Shown one piece after another: positions 27,165 to 37,765 of a stretch of 64,000 bases of DNA. A program made the translations under genes and the position numbers. The stretch covers positions 191,270,001 to 191,334,000 of the forward strand of contig NC_042997.1 in assembly GCF_006345805.1 (NCBI RefSeq), read 5' to 3'. Under the pieces are notes generated by a model. That model saw only the letters and a list, made by a program, of their open reading frames with translations, searched no databases and was not told the DNA's origin. Source of the stretch: Octopus sinensis. Lineage: Eukaryota. Each line of letters starts with the position of its first letter. The first letter of the stretch is position 1.

Positions 27165-27574
27165 GGATCTTTTCGGTTTGAATGGCAGTTTTTTAAAATA
27201 ATTTCCACGTAACTAAACACTTTTAAACTTCGTATACTGGTAGAATGTGTTCATAAAACATCTCTTTCTCTTGGCTTTATTGAGAAAATTCTATAGTTTG
27301 TAAGATATTAGTTGTTTTTTTTCTTCAATTTCTGCAATTTCAACCAATCAATGACGTCTATTGAAGTAAAAAACATTCTTGCCGTATGAATATGTCCCTC
27401 GTTTAAGAAACAGATTGGGCTTATTTACATTTGTGAAGAAAAAAAAGATACCCTTCCCCCCACCCTAACCCTAAAACAAATTGAAATGCAATAGATCGAT
27501 ACTAGGGTCATAATTATGGGTGACAAGTTCATATGACACCGCTAGAAAAAACTGCCGTTCAAACCGAAAAGATC
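27165..27574. mobile_element. MITE with GGATCTTTTCGGTTTGAA TIRs and 8-bp TSD
   Basis: About 28-bp TIRs; TSD gattttgc at 27157-27164 and 27575-27582. Confidence 0.9.
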
Positions 27575-27816
27575 CGATTTTGCCATTCCACCGCCCCAAT
27601 AAACGATATCATTTTAAAGATATATACATATCAGCGACAGAGGCAATATTAAAGCCAAGCCAATGAATTTATTCCATGGTAACTACCCGCAGTATAGTTT
27701 GTCTAACAGAACACTCACGTTTAAGTAAGGATAAATACAACCTCCGATATATTTTTGTATTAGCATATTAGCTCAGATCTGTAAGTGAATTTAGTTAATT
27801 GAATTGAAGAATATCT

Positions 27817-28043
27817 GGATCTTTTCGCTTTGACCGGCAGATTTTTAAAATAATTTCTTTGTACCTAAATACTTTTAAACTTCGTATACTAGTAGAATGT
27901 GTTTATAAAACATCTTTTTTTCTCTTGGCTTTCTTGAGAAAATTCTGTAGTTTGTAAGCTATTTGTTGTTTAATTTCTTGCATTTCAACCAATCAATGAC
28001 GTCTATTGAGGTGAATACAATTTGTCCGGATGCGAAAAGATCC
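27817..28043. mobile_element. Shorter relative of the GGATC-TIR MITE
   Basis: ggatcttttcgc...gcgaaaagatcc; flanks gaatatct/taatatct (7 of 8 match). Confidence 0.7.
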
Positions 28044-29194
28044 TAATATCTATTTTATTAACTGGGGAGATTGCAAACAAAGTCAACTGAAAAGGCAAAA
28101 TTAATAATAAAGTCTCACATTGGAACAAGGAGAGGGGAATAGTAAATCGGCATAGTTTCGGTTGTAGTAGCACAGATAGGCATAGTTTCGGTTGTAGTAG
28201 CATGCGAAACTTCGCCATATACTATTTGTAAATTGCTACGTTTTTATTTATTTACAACGAACAGATAAAAGGCAAAATTGACTAAATTCTGAAAGATATC
28301 GTCAGCTGCTCTACTGAGTACGGTAGAAAATGCCTGTGTGATAAAGTTGCCATACTAGAAGACATGTCGAAACAGAGATTATGTTGTATTTATCTAAATA
28401 TTGTCAGAGAGCGCCAAAACAAAAATTCTTAATCGATATATCAATTCTAACAAACAATATGTCCGCAAAACAAATGGAGTGTTTAATTATCCAGTTATAA
28501 GGATCTGGAAATAAATATATCCAGAATGGGCAGGGTGGGTGGTCTAAAAGAAACAATTGCTATAATTAATAGGGGCCTTGGGAATTACATAAAACCCGAG
28601 AAGATATAAAATACGTAACTGAAACTCCAGGCCTTACACACACATCTTACACAACTAGTCATGGCACACACTGTAATTTTCAAGACAAAAGAAGAGAAAA
28701 ACACTGAACGTTGCTCAAGGGACGATGTTATGCTCAACTGTGCATTGAAAGCATACAATGAAATAAAACTAATGAAATAATAATGAATTGTTTCATAATG
28801 AAACAAGATCTGATGGAAGAATAAAGTAGGGAAACGGACAATATCATATAGTGGTGAATTAGTTCAGTTATTAGAGGCGCACTGCAGTAAAAGTGCCTGT
28901 TGTCTGCATACAATAAATAATTAATTACGTTTATTAAAAGCAATTTCTTTTTATAACTAGGCATCTTAAGTTCTTTATTTTCATTACACTTTAACTTCGG
29001 TGAAATTGAAAGCGATCGACTTTCCTCCAATCTCATAGTGTGTGCGCATTATAATTTAATGGAATGGGCTTGTTAGAAATTTAATTTTCAAGAATTCTTT
29101 CCCTTCTCGGCTGAGAAAAATGTTCGTTAACATTTTATAACTTTTCTCCCGATTTCATTAGGATTGTAATTTCAATTAAAAATTGTTTTCGACC

Positions 29195-29226
29195 AACCAC
29201 ATGACGTACTGCAGCACGCAGTTAAC

Positions 29227-29312
<86 letters not shown>

Positions 29313-29512
29313 AATCTCGTAGCAGAACGCCTGTCATTTTTACAGAAGTACGTCCATGTCCCACGAACCCAATATTTACATGGTATTCTGAATAGCTATT
29401 GCTACGTCGAGATACACCGTTCTTCAAACGAGAATTAGATTAATCGTGAATTTTCCGAGTTCTCTCACCACGCCCACTCTCGCACGTCAGCGCGCGTTTT
29501 TTATATATTCGT
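29195..29512. promoter_or_regulatory. Candidate promoter: CpG-rich patch with TATA, CRE-like and GC-box motifs and a (GA)n tract
   Basis: TATATAAA on minus at about 29500-29508, ACGTCA/TGACGT at 29484-29489, CCACGCCC at 29468-29475, CGCGCG, a second TGACGT near 29201, and (GA)n at 29238-29310. The sequence is non-repetitive and lies upstream of the crumbs exon. Confidence 0.4.
29238..29310. repeat. (GA)n microsatellite, about 36 units
   Basis: Direct reading. Confidence 0.95.
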
Positions 29513-30682
29513 ACACTACACATTATTTTACACCTATTACACTTTTTGCTTTTTTTGTGACCGGGTCCTAAACTAGTGATTAACCGAGTATTATTTTACA
29601 TTCTCTCAAAGTTTCTAAATTCTTATGATGTCATACACACACAAAATTTCCCCGCTCAAAGGCTTGTATACGCCATCATATTGACAAGTTCATCACTGTC
29701 TGTAAAACTATTAGAAATTTCGTTTTTTGGATTTGGTTTGCAAGATTCTTTATATGAGTTCGTGTGTTGAAGCATATTCTGTTGTGTCTGGGGAGAGTCA
29801 TTTTCTTTTTGTGCCTTATAATTTAACACACCGGTAAAATTTCCACTATTTCTTATTTTTATTTTCCTAAAATTTTCCTTGCGTCTTGGCAACCTTTTCA
29901 ATAGTAAAATTTCCACTTATTTCTTATTTTTATTTTCCTAAAATTTTCGTTGCGTCTTGCAACCTTTTCAATAGAGTCAAGACTATTGAAAAGGTTGCCA
30001 AGACGCAACGAAAATTTTAGAAAATAAAAATAAGAAATAAGTGGAAATTTTACTGGTGAGTGTGTTAGATCTTAGTTGAAGCCCTTTCGAAGTCAATAAA
30101 CAAAAGGATGAAACAACCATCTCAATTCTTTGCCATTTTCCTTCTCCATGAGGCAGTGATAGCTATTCCGAAAGTCTGCCGATCAACTATTACATCCGTT
30201 TTATCATTATAATAGTTTATTTTGTTGTGTCTGGGGAGAGTCATTTTCTTTTTGTGCCTTGTAATGTAACACACTCACCGGTAAAATTTCCACTTATTTC
30301 TTATTTTTAGTCTTGACTATTGAAAAGGTTGCCAAGACGCAACGAAAATTTTAGAAAATAAAAATAAGAAATAAGTGGAAATTTTACTGGTGAGTGTGTT
30401 AGATAGTGAGGCACTAAAAGAGAATGACTCTCCCCAGACACGACAGAATACTAGAAATCTATATCTGTATTATTCTACCAGTTACAACGTGTATTGTGGT
30501 GTCACGCTTGTAACAACATTAACAAAGGATATTCATTTTATTAATCTAGTTTTACAAAATTAAATCAGAAAACTGGACAAAACAGAGATCACAATCGAAA
30601 AAATTAAAAAGAAAAGAGAAAAAAAAAACAATTCACCACCTTAGGTTGAAAAGTTGGGGGTGCTGGGAAACCTCTCTAATGG

Positions 30683-30949
30683 CTATTGAGGCTCGCTTGC
30701 AGCGTTGCCGCGGATGATGGCGAGGCTGATGCGCTGGAATAGCCAAGTGCCCTCACAAGCCTCACCAGTTACCTCTACTAGGCGAGTTGCCAGCGAAGAC
30801 AGGAATCTCGCAGTTAGTGGTCCGACCCCACCAAACGTCTCGACAGCCACAGGATAGAAAATGTAGTTGGCGGACAGATTGCGGTATTTTAGGATTTTGT
30901 TCCGCTCGGCCACAGAAGCTGTGGATCTCGCCCTGTCCGCAGCATCCAA
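30683..30949 (-). mobile_element. Second CRE-clade RLE C-terminal remnant
   Basis: ORF ASVAERNKILKYRNLSANYIFYPVAVETFGGVGPLTARFLSSLATRLVEVTGEACEGTWLFQRISLAIIRGNAAS aligns with the 22.5-23.5 kb copy. Confidence 0.8.
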
Positions 30950-31734
30950 AATGTGAGCAGAGAAGAAGCAAAGGGGTCGCTAACTGTGACAATTGTGAAA
31001 GGGAATCGAAGGCATAATTGAAATCTTTAATCATAATGGTTTCTTATTTAGAGCACAATTCAGTGTTCAACCGTAGTTCATGACTGGTACGAAATAATAC
31101 TATGAAGATTTATAAATCTATGCACCAAAATAAAAATAAGAATGCTCATTTATAAAATATAGAATTCCCAAAGATTCTACTAGTTTATATTTTTAAGATC
31201 GGAAGAATTGGCAAAATGGCTTTTAAAACCCTTTCCAACATTTGGTCACCAACATTCATACTCTAAATTTGAATCTTTATATACTAAATGAAGAGTCCTG
31301 TTGTCGCCTCTGTCCACTACGCTACTTCGGGTCTGGGATATCACAGGCCGTTGGTAATCCCTTGACCCTGTATAAATTTCTCTTGCATAATATATAAAAA
31401 AACTTTAAAATACTGGTACTCCGTCGGTTACGACGATGAGGGTTCCAGTTGATCAGATCAACAGAACAACCTACTTGTGGAATTAACATGCATGTGGCTG
31501 AACACTCCACTGACACTTATTTTTCACGTAGTTCTCAGGGAGATTCAGCATGCTGCAGAATGTGATAAGGCTGACCCTTTGAAATACAGGCTTTATGCGT
31601 CTTGTGTCGACTAGAGCGACTTGAAATAAAGCGTCTTGCTCAAGGACACAACGCGCTGCCGGGAGTCGAACTCACGACCTTACGATCATGAGCCGAATAC
31701 CCTCACCACTAAGCCATGCACCTTCACTTGCATA

Positions 31735-32115
31735 ATCTTTTCTACTCTAGGCACAAGGCCCGAAATTTTGAGGGAGGAGGCCAGTCGATTAGATCGATCC
31801 AGTATGCAACTGGTACTTAATTTACGACCCAGAAAGGATGAAAGGCAAAGTCGACCTCGGCGGAATTTGAACTTCGAACGTATAGACAGACGAAATACCT
31901 ATTTCTTTACTACCCACAAGGGGCTAAACCCAGAGAGGACAAACAAGGACAGACAAACGGATTAAGTCGATTATATCGACCCCAGTGCGTAACTGGTACT
32001 TATTTAATCGACCCCGAAAGGATGAAAGGCAAAGTCGACCTCGGCGGAATTTGAACTCAGAACGTAACGGCAGACGAAATACAGCTACGCATTTCGCCCG
32101 GTGTGCTAACGTTTC
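31735..32115 (-). mobile_element. Nin/Deu-like SINE, dimer-like
   Basis: Unit repeats, with an alternative ggcacaaggcccgaaatttt tail on the left. Confidence 0.75.
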
Positions 32116-32124
32116 TTCGAGAAT

Positions 32125-32545
32125 GGGAAGGGTGTCCCAACAACCATCTTCCTCGCGAAGCAAGCAGGTTGAGTTGCAAGTTTAGTCGCAGACGATCCGA
32201 CCATGCAACTGGTTGTACTGGATTAATGACGAATAAAAGTGTGGATTAGAGTGAAAGCTTTTGAGGAGGCCAGGATGACACTTGCAAGACTCAAGAGAGA
32301 TTTAAAAAAGAATGTTGTGATCGAGAAGTTGAATCTCAGTAACCCTTTTACGTACACAGTTTGTAACAGACCATGCCTTTCTTTTGCTGGGCTCAAATTT
32401 CATTTGCGAAACCGTGAAAAACGAACATCCACTAACTACTCTGCCTATATATAAATGTGCACACCTTTCAATGCCCTGTATGCCATAAGGTCTGCACATC
32501 TAACGGAGGCCTCAAAAGACATTTTAAGATCCACAAAGATTAGAA
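32125..32545 (+). mobile_element. RTE-clade LINE C-terminal remnant with zinc-finger-like tail
   Basis: VKAFEEARM..KRDLKK..FTYTVCNRPCLSFAGLKFHLR. Confidence 0.6.
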
Positions 32546-32676
32546 CTTAACTGCAGCTCTTGGTGGTCTAAATCAGATATGCAATCTATGTGGGTGTCTT
32601 TTCAAAAAGTCACATCAGACGCCATGATGAATCTAATGTGTAAGTACAAAAGGTAGTCAGACTCAGTATGAGGAAA

Positions 32677-33180
32677 AGGCGGCGAGGTGGCAGAATTGCT
32701 ACGTTCTGAGTTCAAATTCCGCCGAGGTCCACTTTGCCTTTCATCCTTTCGGGGTCGATTAAATAAGTACCAGTTATGCACTGAGATCGATATAATCGAC
32801 TTAATCCGTTTGTCTGTCCTTGTTTGTCCTCTCAGTGTTTAGCCCCTTGTGGGTAGTAAAGAAATAGGTATTTCGTCTGCCTATCATCCTTTCGGGGTCA
32901 ATAAATTAAATACCAGTTACGCACTGGGGTCGATATAATCGACTTAATCTGTTTGTTCCCTCTATGTTTAGCCCCTTGTGGGTAATAAAGAAACAGGTAT
33001 TTTGTCTGCCGTTACGTTCTGAGTTCAAATTCCGCCGAGGTCGACTTTGCCGTTCATCCTTTCGGGGTCGATAAATTAAGTACCAGTTACGCACTGGGGT
33101 CGATGTAATCGACTTAATCCCTTTGTCTGTCCTTGTTTGTCCCCTCTATGTTTAGCCCCTTGTGGGCAATAAAGAAACAA
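32677..33180 (+). mobile_element. Nin/Deu-like SINE, multimer with a partial middle unit
   Basis: Head ggcggcgaggtggcagaa, then about 2.5 units. Confidence 0.8.
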
Positions 33181-33922
33181 GACTGTATGAGGAGTACACA
33201 ACCACCATATTATAATAATTGTCAATTACAGGTATTCTTTTATTAGTTCCTAATTATAAGGATATTTTAATCTTATCTATTAAGTTACTGGTATAAATTT
33301 AGCATTAAAACATGTAAGGAGAACGAATATTTAATACGTATGTAGTGTTTTAATTATTAACTTTTGGATTATGAAATAGTATAATTCACTCAGAATTAGT
33401 TTCATTAGTTCAATCGAGTTTGTTTTGTTTTGGAGAGAATAGATTATAAATCAATAACTATGGAAGACTGGTGGGAATATTATCTGTATGGACTTCAAGA
33501 GCTTGGTCGCTATTTAGATAATTTAGGATTGGCTATAGGTTTACTTATTGAATTTATTTAGCGATATTGTTTTTGTACATAGGGTAAATGTGTTTCTTTG
33601 TTGCAGTTTAATTAATAATGTTAGTTACGTCTTATGTAAACAAACATTAAGTTGTTTTTTTTTTTTGAGGCGCTGAAATGTATTGTAGCACAATTAGAAA
33701 GATATATTTCTCAACGCATATATACTGATAGAACAGCATATATAGGAGAAAATCCTTACAGAGCAGGAAAATCTGTCAGCAACCAGCCATGAAAATCGAA
33801 CTCACTATCCCTTTGATTTCCAGTCAAGTGCTCTGCCATTAAGCTAAACTGCTTTACTGACAAATTTTTCTGCAATTTTAGAACTTAAAAAGTCAACCAG
33901 AAACTCTAGATGTAACGTAGAT

Positions 33923-34195
33923 CAGTGCTACTTAAAGTGGTCGTCTGCGAGCCATCAGCTGCCGGTATGCAGTGAGTTTCCATAAAAGAAAGAAACGTTA
34001 TAAAATGCTTATGTAATATTGTATTATATTTGTTTACAAAATAAATATAAGACTTTAAAAATTGTCAACTTTTATTATATTCATTATATATATTGTTTCC
34101 GGTATAAATTAATATTACGAAGAAATATTACCGGTCGCTGGCACATTGGAAAAAAAACTGCCAGTACGTTACATCAGATAGTTTGAGAAGCACTG
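33923..34195. mobile_element. hAT (Charlie-like) MITE
   Basis: cagtgct...agcactg ends; flanks acgtagat/atgtagat (7 of 8 match). Confidence 0.7.
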
Positions 34196-34429
34196 ATGTA
34201 GATTACGTCATATGTAAACAAACATAAGTTCTAAAATTGCCGAAGAATTTGTCAGTAAAGTACTTTAGCTTCATGGTAGAGCACTTGGCCGAAAATCAAA
34301 GGGATGTGAGTTCGATTCTCATGGCTGGTTGCTTACAGATTTTTCTATGCTGTTCTATTAGTATATATGCGTTAAAAAATATATCTTTCTAATTGTAATA
34401 CAATAATGTTAGTGTTTAATCCTTCTTAA

Positions 34430-34628
34430 AATTAAGATTGAACGGATGTGGTGATATCTAAGGTATGTTTGTTCCCAAACAACACTTATTTTAGTGCTGT
34501 TGACACCACTGGATTGGATGGTACTGCCCAGGTGTCGAAACCATAGTGATATCCGTGGGGCAGCTGATGATGTTGGTATGGCTGTTATTGTATGTGCGGA
34601 ATAGTTTTATAACACATCCATTTGATTA

Positions 34629-34666
<38 letters not shown>

Positions 34667-35110
34667 TCGGTTTATAGGATTACCTTAGGTTTCATAACCA
34701 TAAAAGGACTGGCTTTATGGCGTATCATCAGATCCCAAAACCCATTAGCTAAAGGCCTCTCTAGAATATGGAAGAAGAAAGGAGCTCGTTACTCAATATC
34801 AACAAAGGGAATTGTCTCTTCTCTTCGCTATCGATCGCCAGTGTCAACAAAGCCGGTTGTGTCCCTTTGCTATCAATTGCCAGTGGCCTTGCTATCTCAT
34901 GGGTAGCCTGAATTTCCTGAAATGCGAGCACAGTTCGAATATCTCTGTTCTGGAATTCAGGATGTTCCTTGGGTCGAGGGAATCCTTTAGGATCCTCGCC
35001 CGTTCTACTATGCATAATTTACAGCGGCTGGTCCGTTTATGTAGGGGCCTGGATTCTCTTTGATTCTCCATGATATTGTGTATGGAATCCCATCGTCTAC
35101 TAGCTGTCAT
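34430..35110 (-). mobile_element. Penelope-like element 3' remnant (GIY-YIG endonuclease C-terminus plus pLTR region)
   Basis: ORF 34892-35110 (WDSIHNIMENQRESRPLHKRTSRCKLCIVERARIL..ILNSRTEIFELCSHFRKFRL) has the C.LC..E..IL..LN.R.E...C.H..KF signature of PLE GIY-YIG domains. A hammerhead motif lies downstream. Confidence 0.75.
34677..34735 (-). ncRNA. Type I hammerhead ribozyme motif in Penelope-like element 3' region
   Basis: Minus strand reads ggat-CTGATGA-tac gccataaa(gccagtcct)tttatggt tat-GAAAC-ctaag-GTA-atcc. Stem I ggat/atcc, 8-bp stem II, stem III acc/ggt and GUA cleavage triplet. It lies about 155 nt downstream of a GIY-YIG ORF end. Confidence 0.72.
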
Positions 35111-36348
35111 ATGTGACTGGCTATATTGGAAAGGATTTACAAAGTTTGTTGATTAGTTAGCATCAGTTGTGTTTATGTAACATCTTGCAAGAAGCAAATC
35201 AATTCTATAAATGTTTCCGCATAGCAAGTAAGTCGATATTATTAAGCAAAATTGGCCACCGTGTACTTAGATGTCCTTTCATAATGTTTTTTTTACACTA
35301 AGTGCTTGTTCAACTTGTGAGAAAATAAGGCCAAATTACACCTACTTTCTTTAGGTCACATTGGATAGGGTTGTCGAAAGGCACATTATGACTGAAGAAC
35401 GGTTGAGATGATCACGGTTGGAATGACTCACTTAGAAGTCTGGCCAGAGAACATTGCATTAATTTATGTTCCAAGTTCAAATCCCGACCAAGCCGACCTT
35501 GTGTTTTAACCTTCTGGGAATCGCTTAGCTAAATACTAATTATGTGTTAGAGGGTGGGGTGGGGATGACTACCCACCCCGCTACATTGGCACATAAGCAC
35601 ACGTATATGTTCGGCTTTGTGACTAAGTTAAGACATTATTATTGGGACCAATAAAGATACGACGCGGGAGAGGGGGAGATCACGTAAAGAAACAGGTTTT
35701 GCAGTCTTTGGTTATTTCCCTTTACATTCTGCTGACTGGTGAGAAAGAAGTGAGGACAAAGAAAACAAGGAGAAAGAGAACAAAAACCAAGGGGAATATA
35801 AAAAGAGGAGGAGGCGGAAAAGATAGAGATAAGTGAAGGGAATAAAGATTCAGAAAGGAAAAGGAGAAAGAGACAAAAGAATGAGAGAGGGAGTGACAAG
35901 GAGTTACTGCATCTTCATAGAGTTTACTAAGAAGTCAACAGTACAGATAGACCTGACTAAATTATTTCAGGAATGCTTTGCTTTTGTGTTGTTCTTTCTA
36001 TTATTATTATTATTATTATTATTTCTATTGTATCTATTTCTACAGGTGAATGGTTTTAACGCTTCATTTCGTGTTTTGATAAATTTTCTACCTTTTCTCC
36101 AACTGTTTCACCGCATTCTCCAAATGAATAAAAATAAAGAATGAACCAATGTGTGGAGCTTTCTCTAATGCGGTCACTTTTCCTACTAAAAATAGCAGCC
36201 AAATCTATCTTAATTCAAATTGTCAACTTAAAAAAAAAAACAGAACAAACAAAATAAACAACGTATAGTCAGCCTCTCATATTCATAATGACAAGTTAGT
36301 CACGGTTGGAACACTTTTGATCACAGGTCTGCTCGATCAGAGCTACCT

Positions 36349-36941
36349 ATTTCTTTACTACCCACAAGGGGCTAAACACAGAGGGGACAAACAAGGACAG
36401 ACAAACGGATTAAGTCGATTACATCGACTCCAGTGCGTAACTGGTACTTAATTTATTGACCCCGAAAGGATGAAAGACAAAGTCGACCTCGGCGGAATTT
36501 GAACTTAGAACGTAACGGCAGACGAAATACCTATTTCTTTATTACCCACAAGGGGCTAAACATAGAGGGGACAAACAAGGACAGACAAACGGATTGAGTC
36601 GATTACATCGACTCCAGTGCGTAACTGGTACTTAATTTATTGACCCCGAAAGGATGAAAGGCAAAGTCGACCTCAGCGGAATTTGAACTCAGAACGTAAC
36701 GGCAGACGAAATATCTATTTCTTTACTACCCACAAGGGGCTAAACACAGAGAGGAGAAACAAGGACAGACACACAGATTAAGTCGATTATATCGACTCCA
36801 GTGCGTAACTGGTACTTAATTTATTGACCCCGAAAGGATGAAAGGCAAAGTCGACCTCAGCGGAATTTGAACTCAGAACGAAACGGCAGACGAAATACCG
36901 CTAAGCATTTCGCCCGGCGTGCTCACGTTTCTACCAGCTCG
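36349..36941 (-). mobile_element. tRNA-derived SINE with Nin/Deu-like domain, trimeric (3 tandem units of about 185 bp)
   Basis: Head ..gagctgg[t]agaaacgt.agcacgccgggcgaaatg, B-box gagttcaaattcc, central gtcgactttgcctttcatcctttcggggtc; TSD agagctacct at 36339-36348 and 36942-36951. Confidence 0.85.
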
Positions 36942-37357
36942 AGAGCTACCTTGAACCTAGACAAAACATTTTGATTATCAAGTCAACGCAGGCACCACTT
37001 ATGTGGTCATTCTAATGCTAGAAATACCAACCAACTCTCCCTCAAATCACGTCCGAGACCACAGCCATCGCTTGCAACTGATTATGATTTTGGTGGCAAA
37101 TTGTATCAGGCGCCAATGTAGTTGTGAGAAGACAGAGAAACATTCTTAACCCTTCTTACCCTTGATAAAGCAGAATATCAAGGATGTAACACTTGGAGGG
37201 AGAGAGGGTTACACCAGCAATAGGCAGCTATTCATTTTAAGCTGAATGGATTGGAGTAACGTGAAATGAAGTGCTTTACTAAAGGCCACAATGCATCACC
37301 TGATTCGAACTCCAAATTCACGGACCTTACAGTTGCGAACCCAACACTCTAATCACT

Positions 37358-37562
37358 AACTCTTTTACTTGTTTCAGTCATTTGACTGCGACCATGCTGG
37401 AGCACTGCCTTTAGTCGAGCAAATCGACCCCAAGACTTATTCTTTGTAAGCCTAGTACTTATTCTATCGGTCTCTTTTGCCGAACCGCTAAGTGACGGGG
37501 ACGTAAACACACCAGCATCGGTTGTCAAGCAATGCTAGGGGGACAAACACAGACACACATAT

Positions 37563-37594
<32 letters not shown>

Positions 37595-37765
37595 GTATAC
37601 ATATATACGACAGGCTTTTTCAGTTTCCAACTACCAAATCCACTCACAGGGCATTGGTCGGCCCGAGGCTATAGCAGAAGACACTTGCCCAATGTGTCAC
37701 GCAGTGGGACTGAACCCGGAACCATATGGTTGGTAAGCAAGCTACTTACCACACAGCCACTCCTA
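37358..37765 (-). mobile_element. CORE-like SINE
   Basis: Same family. Confidence 0.85.

Noticed and set aside
33460-33561. Small ORF MEDWWEYYLYGLQELGRYLDNLGLAIGLLIEFI
   Set aside because: 33 codons, no recognisable family and no supporting splice or promoter context.
34520-34600. Plus-strand GAAAC...CTGATGA arrangement resembling a permuted hammerhead
   Set aside because: No valid NUH triplet and stem II arms do not pair.
36349-36941. CRISPR-like or satellite appearance of tandem units
   Set aside because: Units are contiguous SINE bodies of about 185 bp with no unique spacers; eukaryotic context and no cas genes.
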